Shown here piece after piece: positions 56,683 to 64,000 of a DNA stretch of 64,000 nt. A model generated the notes under the pieces. It made no database searches. It was given only the letters and a program-made list of their open reading frames with translations, and had not been told where the DNA came from. Position 1 is the first letter of the stretch. The number at the start of each line of letters is the position of its first letter. The position numbers and the translations under genes are program-made. The stretch is from an uncultured bacterium (GTDB lineage Bacteria > Zixibacteria > MSB-5A5 > UBA10806), in assembly GCA_965541585.1 (NCBI GenBank), contig CBEUCH010000004.1:135871-199870 (forward strand), given 5' to 3'.

Positions 56683-57567
56683 ATGAAAACCGCTGTGATC
56701 TTCAATCCCGTCGGCGGCCGGGGGCGTTCGCTGGATATTCTGCCGAAGGTCCTGGCCTGGGCCGAAAAGCAGAATGTTCCGTTCGAATTTTTCACGACTA
56801 CCCGCCCCGGCGATGGCGTCAGGTTAGCTAAACTGTGCAAATACCGGCGGTTCGAACAGGTGGTGGTGGTCAGCGGCGATGGCACAATAAACGAGGTGGG
56901 CTCGGTTCTCAAAGGCACCGAAATCGTTATGGGAGTCATCCCCGGCGGCTCCGGAAACGACTTCTATAAGATGCTCGGCAACAACGACCATCCGGAGAAT
57001 GGGTTCAAGACCGCCTTTTTCGGTGCTCCTCATGAAGTCGATGTCGGCCTGGTCAACGATCGCCCCTTCTTTAATACGGTGGGTATCGGTTTCGATGCCG
57101 ACGTGGCGCAGCGGGCCAACCGTTCGACCGGCATGCCCGGTATGCTCGTATACCTGGCGGCTGTCTTCCAGTCATGGAGAAATCTAAAGCCTCTGGAGCT
57201 TGAAATAGAACTCGACAAGCACAAATTTACTGCGAAAGTTACACTTGTCTGTATCGGGAACGGGCGAAGCTCCGGCGGCGGATTTTACTTAACCCCGCAG
57301 GCGTATTTCGATGACGGTCTATTCGATATCTGCCTGATCGAGGCCATGCCCAGAAGCAAAATAGTCACCTACCTTCCCCGAACACTGAACGGATCGCATA
57401 TCCGGCTGCCGGGAGTCAGAATGTACAGAAGCAGAAAAATAGTTATAAGCTCGTATCAGAAATTCCCGGTGCATATCGACGGTGAATCGCTGGCGGCGCC
57501 GATCGACCTGGCGGAGTTCACTATGGAATCAAGAAAATTGAAAGTGGCAGTCGCCGGACAAATTTGA
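56683..57567 (+). CDS. Diacylglycerol-kinase catalytic-domain lipid kinase (YegS/BmrU-like)
   Basis: 'AVIFNPVGGRGRS', 'VVVVSGDGTINEVG' and 'GVIPGGSGNDF' are DAGK_cat motifs. Confidence 0.75.
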   Translation: MKTAVIFNPVGGRGRSLDILPKVLAWAEKQNVPFEFFTTTRPGDGVRLAKLCKYRRFEQVVVVSGDGTINEVGSVLKGTEIVMGVIPGGSGNDFYKMLGNNDHPENGFKTAFFGAPHEVDVGLVNDRPFFNTVGIGFDADVAQRANRSTGMPGMLVYLAAVFQSWRNLKPLELEIELDKHKFTAKVTLVCIGNGRSSGGGFYLTPQAYFDDGLFDICLIEAMPRSKIVTYLPRTLNGSHIRLPGVRMYRSRKIVISSYQKFPVHIDGESLAAPIDLAEFTMESRKLKVAVAGQI

Positions 57568-58073
57568 TGACTAAACCGATCCGGCAGATAACTCTTTCAG
57601 CTATGCTGATCTTGGCGATCGTCCCTCGAGGGTATTGCCAGGCGCCGGACTCGGTGAAGATACGAAAAGTAAATCCCACCGGTGCCCTCTTGAGATCGGC
57701 AGTCGTTCCCGGGTGGGGCCAATTATATAATAGAAAGTATATCAAGGCAGTCATTTTCGCAGGCGGCCAGGGCTGGCTGGCATACGGGATCTATGATGAC
57801 TGGAAAGAGGCCAACCGCCACGAGAAGAATTTCAAAGGGGCCGCCGATGATCCTTTATACCAGGCGGCGGAGTTCGATAAATTCGAGCACGCTCGCGACA
57901 GCCGCAACCTGAAAATGTGGATTATGGCTGCGGCTATCTTTTATTCCATGTTCGACGCCTATGTCGATGCCCAACTATCCGATTTCGAGCAGACTGATAA
58001 ATCATTCGAGGTCTATATTGGCCCGGGTGAAATGAACGATTTTGAAGTATCGTTAACGTTTCATATAAAATGA
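57564..58073 (+). CDS. Hypothetical secreted protein (DUF5683-like)
   Basis: Signal peptide. 'SAVVPGWGQLYNRKYIKAVIFAGG' resembles the DUF5683 motif in Bacteroidota-like proteins. Confidence 0.4.
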   Translation: MMTKPIRQITLSAMLILAIVPRGYCQAPDSVKIRKVNPTGALLRSAVVPGWGQLYNRKYIKAVIFAGGQGWLAYGIYDDWKEANRHEKNFKGAADDPLYQAAEFDKFEHARDSRNLKMWIMAAAIFYSMFDAYVDAQLSDFEQTDKSFEVYIGPGEMNDFEVSLTFHIK

Positions 58074-58663
58074 ACATTTTAGGCATTTCAGGAAGCCCCA
58101 CAGGCGGGTCATCAACAGATATACTGGTTAATACTATCCTCGAGGGCGCAACGGCCAATCATGTTAAAACGAGGTTTGTTCGTCTAAACGATAAAAATAT
58201 CCTGCCGTGCCAGTCCTGCGGTAAAAGCCCCGAACCCGATTACTGTTTCTTCCACGACGATATGGACGAACTTTACGGCCTGATGGAGAAATCCGAAGCG
58301 ATAATACTGGGTTCGCCGATCTATTTCGATTCGGTATCGGCTCAAACGAAGCTGTTTATTGATCGCACCAACTGCCTGCGACCGATCGATTTTTCGATTG
58401 AAGATAAGACCGTATTCAAAAAACCGCTGTTTGCAGGAAAGAAAGGCGGAATAGTAATCGTGGGCGGTGAGCAGGGAAGTTTCGATACCACCCTCCGAAC
58501 CGCCAGGGGTTTTTTCCTCTGGGCCGGAATGGAAATCGTCTTCGAATTGAAATATATCGCCTCGGGCCTCCGCGCGGGCGGCGCCAGAAATGACGATGCT
58601 ATTCTAAAAAAGGCACGTGAATGCGGAGAAAAGCTCCTGGCTGCGATTAAGAGCAAGAAGTGA
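58070..58663 (+). CDS. NADPH-dependent FMN reductase-family flavoprotein (iron-sulfur flavoprotein-like)
   Basis: 'MNILGISGSPTGGSSTDILV' is the flavodoxin-like fold start. 'ILGSPIYFDSVSAQTKLFIDR' is present. A Cys motif 'CQSCGKSPEPDYC' is also present. Confidence 0.65.
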   Translation: MNILGISGSPTGGSSTDILVNTILEGATANHVKTRFVRLNDKNILPCQSCGKSPEPDYCFFHDDMDELYGLMEKSEAIILGSPIYFDSVSAQTKLFIDRTNCLRPIDFSIEDKTVFKKPLFAGKKGGIVIVGGEQGSFDTTLRTARGFFLWAGMEIVFELKYIASGLRAGGARNDDAILKKARECGEKLLAAIKSKK

Positions 58664-58685
58664 TGCTATGTTGATATCATAGTCC

Positions 58686-59705
58686 TTAATCGGACGACGA
58701 GCGTTTCTGAAGTTTTTCGATATACTCTCTGGTTTTCTTATAAGTCTTTTTTTGTCTTTTGGCGACCTCTTCGGAGACATTATATGACATCAACTCTTCA
58801 AATTCACGTTTCGCCAGCTCATTTTTCCCCATTCCGAACAGGCAAACACCCCTGCGATAACGGCAGAAGATGAGGTTATAGAAATTCTGCTCGCCTGCTT
58901 GTATAAGTGATTCGATCAACTCACCGTAGTATCTCTCCGTAAAGCTGAGATTTCCCATGCGCCAATAGGCGCCGCCCAGTATCCAGAGCGATGCACGGCC
59001 GCCGGATGTCTCCTCGTAAAGCTGTCGGCCAACCCTGATGGCTTCGGAAAACAGCTTCTTGTGAATAAGTGCCCAGGCAAGACCGAGCGCCGCGGGTTTT
59101 CTCGAAAATAGTGAGCTGTCAACAGCAAGTTTAAGCTCCTCCAATCCCTTTTCCCTGTTGTCCGGTAAAAAAGGGATATACTTGCCGAGCTTTGCGGAGG
59201 ACCAGTAATGATAATTGCCCATCCCGGTATAAGCATCGTATAAAGTGGAGTCTATTTTCAAAGTTTTTGCGAACTTGCCCTTGGCCTTTAGCCCTTCGAT
59301 GAACGATTTCAGCCAGCTTTTTTGCTGGCCATGCCAGGTGGCTTTATAGCCGTATGCCGAACCCAGAAAGAAGTATCCCCAGGGATCATCAGGGTTTTCC
59401 TTCGTCCAATCTTTCAGAGCATCTATGGATGAATCAACATGGCCCAGGAACGTCTCGCTCCGGCCATACTCTTCGGTGTCTAACATCTCGGCATGCAGAA
59501 TACCGGCATAAAGCAGATTATAAATCGGTTGCCCCGGAATTGTATCGTTCAATTGATCACAACTGCCATAAGCGTGCTGGAAACGGTCGGTAAAAACATA
59601 GTCGACCGTTTCGGATAATATTACCAATTGTTCCCGGGACGGTCTTAACGTGGCCGACCAGCAGGAGGCCGTAAGCCACATCCATAAAGAAAGGATTCGT
59701 ATCAT
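58686..59705 (-). CDS. Hypothetical secreted TPR-like protein (paralog A)
   Basis: Signal peptide. It shares architecture and the 'YFF.(G/A)(S/A)AY' / 'DAY.G.G.Y.YWS(A)K' blocks with the next gene. Confidence 0.4.
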   Translation of the reverse strand: MIRILSLWMWLTASCWSATLRPSREQLVILSETVDYVFTDRFQHAYGSCDQLNDTIPGQPIYNLLYAGILHAEMLDTEEYGRSETFLGHVDSSIDALKDWTKENPDDPWGYFFLGSAYGYKATWHGQQKSWLKSFIEGLKAKGKFAKTLKIDSTLYDAYTGMGNYHYWSSAKLGKYIPFLPDNREKGLEELKLAVDSSLFSRKPAALGLAWALIHKKLFSEAIRVGRQLYEETSGGRASLWILGGAYWRMGNLSFTERYYGELIESLIQAGEQNFYNLIFCRYRRGVCLFGMGKNELAKREFEELMSYNVSEEVAKRQKKTYKKTREYIEKLQKRSSSD

Positions 59706-60751
59706 TCCTGGGCTGCAAGCATTTTTTGCTGTACAGAACGCAGCAAAGGCCCGACTTTCTTAAGCGCCTCCTCGATATCTTTCCTGCCGGACAGGCTCTC
59801 CGCCATAAGGGAGGCTGTCAGAAGTTGATCAATGGCATTCCGGTAATTTCCCAGTTCAGATTGACATAACCCTATAAAATAGCGGCTTTCCATTTCACCG
59901 GCCGGGTCGTGATGGGGAGATCTTAAGTATACCGAGAGAATTGTCTCAAACGATTCCAGGGCTTCATTGAACCGGCCGAGTTTCATATAAGCCTGGCCCA
60001 CCCAGAATAGCGAAAATGGATCCTGTGGATTGAATTGTCGAACCTCATTTTCCCAATGGTCCAGTACTTTATCGTATTTCCCATAGTCGAAATATATCCT
60101 CATTAAGGCGTATCGGCCCTCGTGCGATGAAAACTTTCCTCCCCGGATTGCTTTCCAGGTCTCCTCGATGCCTTGATTCCTCTTATCTGAGAAGAACGGT
60201 AACCACCACAGGATTTTGGTTTTGGCGCTTCGCCAATAATCATAGGTTCCAAATCCGAAATAGATATCCATATACGAACTGTCCGCTTCAAGTGCTTTTC
60301 CCAGAAGACTTCGGCCCTTTAGGCCATCCTTAAACGCGCCCCACCAGTCGCCATCAAACGATCTGAATATCCCTCTGTAACCGACAGCTCCGCCGTAATA
60401 GAACAGATCCTCCGCAGTGGCCTGCCCGCTTTTTTCCTTTTGCTCTCCTATTTCGATAGCCCTGTCCACATGTTCATTGAAATCATTTTTATATGAAAAA
60501 TTCCTGTAATCCGAGGTCAGGTTGGAATAAGCTGCCGCCACGAAAAAATAGCCGCGGGGCGATGTTGGATCGGCCTTGACGACCTCTCCAAAAATGGCCA
60601 AAGCGGAGTCAAAATTCTCTGCATGGACTTGCATAATGGCAGCCCAGATCAGGCTATCGACAGGATCGTAGATGTAGCCGGGATTGTAACCCGGCTGGCA
60701 AAAAGTGGTTGGGCAAAAAAGTAAAATCATGGCGCAGGTTCGCACAATCAT
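59702..60751 (-). CDS. Hypothetical secreted TPR-like protein (paralog B)
   Basis: Signal peptide 'MIVRTCAMILLFCPTTFC'. Colinear similarity to 58686..59705. A 4-nt overlap suggests an operon. Confidence 0.4.
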   Translation of the reverse strand: MIVRTCAMILLFCPTTFCQPGYNPGYIYDPVDSLIWAAIMQVHAENFDSALAIFGEVVKADPTSPRGYFFVAAAYSNLTSDYRNFSYKNDFNEHVDRAIEIGEQKEKSGQATAEDLFYYGGAVGYRGIFRSFDGDWWGAFKDGLKGRSLLGKALEADSSYMDIYFGFGTYDYWRSAKTKILWWLPFFSDKRNQGIEETWKAIRGGKFSSHEGRYALMRIYFDYGKYDKVLDHWENEVRQFNPQDPFSLFWVGQAYMKLGRFNEALESFETILSVYLRSPHHDPAGEMESRYFIGLCQSELGNYRNAIDQLLTASLMAESLSGRKDIEEALKKVGPLLRSVQQKMLAAQE

Positions 60752-60892
60752 AAGCTTGAAATAAAGCCGCTGTTCAGCTTTTGTGCAAGCGATTTTAATT
60801 GAATCAAACAGTTAAATTCTATGGTGAAAATGACGAATAATATCATGACGGAGTTAATGAACATCCGTTTTAAAGATAAAGGGGAAGCAACT

Positions 60893-62209
60893 ATGGCCAA
60901 CATCCTTGTGGTTGACGATCAAAAAACATTGCGAAAAAACCTCGCCTTTTACCTTAAGAGCCAGGGACTTGACGTTGATACTGCGGGGTCGGGAGAAGAA
61001 GCCTTAGAGAAAATCAGAACCACTTCCTTCGATATTATAATCTCCGATTACAAGATGGGCAAAATGACCGGGCACGATTTAATGAAACATGTCAAGCGAA
61101 TCTGCCCTTCATCGGCCTTCATTATGATAACCGCCTTCGGCAATATACCTCTGGCTGTCGAGGTGATTCGCGAGGGAGCGGCCGATTTTATACCGAAACC
61201 GTTCGAATACGTTTCAATCCTCCAGAGGATCGAAAGTCTTCTGGCGCATGTCGAATCGTTCGATGGCCCCGACGAGGAAGATCAGTGGCAGATGATCACG
61301 CATTCGCAAAAAATGAAGGATATACAGGATCTCGCTCTTAAGGCCGCAACTTCGGACATCACTGTCTTGATACAGGGCGAATACGGCGGAGGCAAACGGT
61401 TATTCGCCAAGGTTATTCACAGCATGAGCAGTAGATCACGCTGTGATTTCGTTACTGTGGAATGTTCCAACAGTTCGGAGACCGCTCTTGAACGTGAGAT
61501 TTTCGGCACGGACGATCCCGGTGAGCCCGGCGCCATGCATTTAGCCAATGGCGGCACTCTATTTTTCAGAGATATCGATAAGCTCTATCCCAACCTCCAA
61601 TTGAGGCTGCAGCGCTTTCTCAATGAGGGGACTTACCTTCCGGCAAATAGCTCCACTGCCAGAAAGTCGGATATCCGCATAATCGCCTCAGCGACAGATG
61701 GCCTCGATAAGCTGATCGATATCGGATCCTTCCGAAAGGATTTGTATTACCAGCTCAATATTATGCCGGTTTATATACCACCTCTGAGATCGAGGATTTC
61801 CGATCTGGAACCGCTCATCGATCATTTCATTGCGAAATACAATGCAAAGCTCAGTAAGAATATTTCTGGAATATCATCCGACGCCATGTCCTGGATGGAG
61901 AGTTACAATTGGCCGGGAAACGTGCAGGAGCTTGAGAATATACTCTCCCGCGCCTGCGCCCTGGCGACCGGTGGAACTCTCGATGAATCGCTGATCTTTA
62001 CATTGCCGCAGGATAGGCCTGCGGAAGATGAGCCGGCAGGTTATCTCAATATGACGCTCAAAGATAATCAAAAAACTCTAATCCTCAAGGCCCTCAAGCA
62101 GAACAATAATAACTACTCCAGAACTGCCACCCAGCTGGGAATATCCCGAACTACTCTCTGGAGGCGGATGAAGAAATTCAAGATCGAGGGGATTCAGGTA
62201 GAAAAATAG
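60893..62209 (+). CDS. NtrC-family response regulator (REC + AAA+ sigma-54-activator-like domain lacking GAFTGA + Fis-type HTH)
   Basis: 'ILVVDDQ...DIIISDYKMG' is the REC domain. 'GEYGGGKRLFAKVIH' is an atypical Walker A. 'GTLFFRDID' is Walker B. The C-terminal HTH is 'YSRTATQLGISRTTLWRRMKK'. The likely start is ATG 60893 (RBS 'aaagggga'). The track start is 60821. Confidence 0.8.
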   Translation: MANILVVDDQKTLRKNLAFYLKSQGLDVDTAGSGEEALEKIRTTSFDIIISDYKMGKMTGHDLMKHVKRICPSSAFIMITAFGNIPLAVEVIREGAADFIPKPFEYVSILQRIESLLAHVESFDGPDEEDQWQMITHSQKMKDIQDLALKAATSDITVLIQGEYGGGKRLFAKVIHSMSSRSRCDFVTVECSNSSETALEREIFGTDDPGEPGAMHLANGGTLFFRDIDKLYPNLQLRLQRFLNEGTYLPANSSTARKSDIRIIASATDGLDKLIDIGSFRKDLYYQLNIMPVYIPPLRSRISDLEPLIDHFIAKYNAKLSKNISGISSDAMSWMESYNWPGNVQELENILSRACALATGGTLDESLIFTLPQDRPAEDEPAGYLNMTLKDNQKTLILKALKQNNNNYSRTATQLGISRTTLWRRMKKFKIEGIQVEK

Positions 62210-62368
62210 CGTCATAAATAATAGAGCAAGACTATGATCGGGGGAGCTTCATTGTGCTCCCCTTTTTTATATCTGCCCATCATCTTCGAGGGCACTTTCG
62301 ACCATCGTCCGACACAGCCCGTTTTTCCGGATTGACAGCAGATTCGACACCAGCTAAAATTCCCATAC

Positions 62369-63826
62369 ATGTCATTCCGTCGCAAAATATTATTCGTCAT
62401 TTTTGCAGTCGGTCTCCTGCCCGCTATGGGGATTCTGGCTTTCTCAGCCATCCTTCTGAATTCCACCGTGAACCGAGTTGGCGCATCCGGTCTTGAAAGC
62501 AGTTTTCGTTCCGTCACATCTCTAATCGACGAATCAGAGGCGGCTACGGCGTCAATACTGAGAACTGTTCTTGAGCAGAGAATCCCCTGGGATGATAAAG
62601 ACAGGTTGAGAGCATGGATGGAGCGCAATCGGATCGATATAGCTTTCAGCACGGATGCCGGGGAGTCCATCTGGGCCGTCGCAGATACCATAAAGATCGA
62701 TTCGTCGTCGATTCAGATTAAATTGCCGGAATCGCCCGGATCTAAACATCTGAAACTTGGAGAGAATCTATTTCTATCCTATTGCCTGGGGGACTCCTCC
62801 CGGCTTATCGGATGTGGTATCCTGATGCCGCCCGGCTATGAGAAGGGGGGCAGAATACTGGCCGACGCGGTATCGGCATCGGCCAGCCTCGGTCTTTATA
62901 AGAGTTTCTCCCTCAAATTGCTCGGCGTGATCACCGTTGCCGTTATCGTTTTTGCATTGCTGGCGGGGCTGGGAATTTCGACAATTCTGAGCAGCCACCT
63001 GGTGAGACCCCTTGAGAAGCTAATAGTCGGTGCGCGCAGGATAGGAGCCGGCGATCTCAATTACAGGGTCGAGCTTGCCGGCACGGATGAATTCTCCAGA
63101 TTGGCAGAGTCTTTTAATTCAATGGCCCTGGAGATTAAAGAAAATCAGCAAAATCTGTTGGAGGCCGAGAGGCTGGCGGCCTGGCGCCAGGTGGCCCGGC
63201 GGATTGCGCATGAGATCCGCAATCCACTGACACCTATAACGGTCGAGCTTTATCGCCTTCAGGATATGCTGGTCAAAAAGGAGGCCCCTCCATCAGAGGA
63301 AAGCACAAAATCTATAACAGCCATTCGTGCTCAGATTCAAGAGTTGCAGGATCTTTCCGGTCAGTTTTCGACCTTCGCCAAGGAGCCGGAGTTACGGTTG
63401 GTCAGATGCAATATCAAAGATATTATCGATAACGCCGTCTCGCTGTACAGCCATGCTGAGAATGCGCGTATAAACATCACGATTCCAGATGACATCCCTC
63501 AATTGCAGCTCGATCCGCAGATGATGGCGCGGGTTTTCGGCAATCTGATAAAGAATTCTATGGAGGCATCGCCCGACGGTGTAGTGATCGATATTTCTGT
63601 TAAACAAAAAGGCGATAAGGTGGAGGTGATGATTCGCGACGATGGCCCCGGTTTCCCGACGGAGAAATTAGAGAAAATCGACCAGCCTTATATAACGACC
63701 AAAACAAGCGGAACGGGGCTGGGCCTCGCCATCGTGAAAAAAATCGTCGAAGAGCATGGAGGGGAAATCCGGTTCTACAATGACGGCGGGGCAGTGGCGG
63801 AGTTTACGTTACCGATTATCATGTAG
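62369..63826 (+). CDS. Sensor histidine kinase (TM - HAMP - HisKA - HATPase_c), NtrY-like
   Basis: 'IAHEIRNPLTPI' is the H-box. 'GNLIKNSMEA' (N), 'DDGPGF' (G1) and 'GTGLGLAIVKKIVEEHGG' (G2) follow. HAMP-like 'GAGDLNYRVE'. Confidence 0.85.
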   Translation: MSFRRKILFVIFAVGLLPAMGILAFSAILLNSTVNRVGASGLESSFRSVTSLIDESEAATASILRTVLEQRIPWDDKDRLRAWMERNRIDIAFSTDAGESIWAVADTIKIDSSSIQIKLPESPGSKHLKLGENLFLSYCLGDSSRLIGCGILMPPGYEKGGRILADAVSASASLGLYKSFSLKLLGVITVAVIVFALLAGLGISTILSSHLVRPLEKLIVGARRIGAGDLNYRVELAGTDEFSRLAESFNSMALEIKENQQNLLEAERLAAWRQVARRIAHEIRNPLTPITVELYRLQDMLVKKEAPPSEESTKSITAIRAQIQELQDLSGQFSTFAKEPELRLVRCNIKDIIDNAVSLYSHAENARINITIPDDIPQLQLDPQMMARVFGNLIKNSMEASPDGVVIDISVKQKGDKVEVMIRDDGPGFPTEKLEKIDQPYITTKTSGTGLGLAIVKKIVEEHGGEIRFYNDGGAVAEFTLPIIM

Positions 63827-63956
63827 GGGCTTATTGCCATAAGCCCTCGAGATTCGTTGAGAAAGGCATAGCCGAAAAAACAGGAAAATTCCTTGAGAAT
63901 ATATGCTTGAACCCACAAAATAACATCGAATAAAACCGGTTTAATGGAGGGAACAG

Positions 63957-64000
63957 ATGAACTGGAAACAATTCGTTATCGCCGTAATTGTATGCTTTGT
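63957..64000 (+). CDS. 5' end of a CDS running off the window (signal-peptide-like N-terminus)
   Basis: 'ggaggg' RBS 5 nt before ATG. 'MNWKQFVIAVIVCF...'. Confidence 0.3.
   Translation, partial: MNWKQFVIAVIVCF

Overview
This 64 kb window is a gene-dense chromosomal segment (about 90% coding, roughly 60 genes on both strands, GC around 50%) from a bacterium that uses the type IX secretion system. Four proteins end in the Por/T9SS C-terminal sorting domain ('...NPFN..TTI.Y.L....V.L.IY...G..I..L......G.....WD..N..SGVYFYR......'), which points to the FCB superphylum, probably an uncultured lineage. No rRNA, CRISPR array, transposase, integrase or prophage gene was found.

Gene content by position:
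- 0-5.6 kb: a partial class I/II aminotransferase, acpS, and a GDP-D-rhamnose/UDP-sugar glycan locus (UDP-sugar dehydrogenase, rmd, gmd).
- 5.9-8.1 kb: a DUF721 protein and gyrB.
- 8.9-11.3 kb: cinA, pgpA, pgsA.
- 11.5-14.6 kb: a 1018-aa UvrD-family helicase with a C-terminal Cas4/AddB-like Fe-S nuclease domain.
- 14.7-22.3 kb: pyrE, a BatA-like vWA membrane protein, TPR proteins, nfo, and a GT-C-like membrane protein.
- 22.4-24.4 kb: tRNA-Gln(UUG), prs, and rplY/ctc.
- 24.5-28.9 kb: two tandem paralogous LVIVD-repeat beta-propeller T9SS cargo proteins.
- 28.9-32.7 kb: pcrA/uvrD and a flotillin.
- 32.7-35.1 kb: an aspartate aminotransferase fused to an HPr-kinase-like P-loop domain.
- 35.2-38.4 kb: rmuC, an outer-membrane beta-barrel protein and a TPR lipoprotein.
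- 38.4-45.3 kb: a divergent multiheme cytochrome c cluster. It holds a 7-heme membrane cytochrome, an 8-heme cytochrome, a Tat-exported NrfC-like Fe-S subunit and an NrfD-like membrane subunit. A rubrerythrin-like protein, a CPBP protease and a MenA/UbiA prenyltransferase follow.
- 45.3-53.1 kb: macro-domain protein, PAP2, PfkB kinase, YigZ, dprA, and an M23 peptidase.
- 53.1-56.3 kb: an apparently exported Memo-AMMECR1 fusion (AmmeMemoRadiSam proteins B+A, with no radical-SAM partner nearby) and a BNR/sialidase-like T9SS protein.
- 56.7-64.0 kb: a YegS-like lipid kinase, an FMN reductase, tandem TPR-like paralogs, and an NtrC-like/NtrY-like two-component pair.

Structures not explained by genes:
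- A 30-bp palindromic core occurs identically, in inverted orientation, in two intergenic repeat-rich regions at 14.6 kb and 56.5 kb.
- A nested-hairpin element lies downstream of gyrB.
- cinA has a perfect Shine-Dalgarno site followed by ACG where the ATG start is expected.
- An in-frame TAG splits a signal peptide at 46.6 kb.
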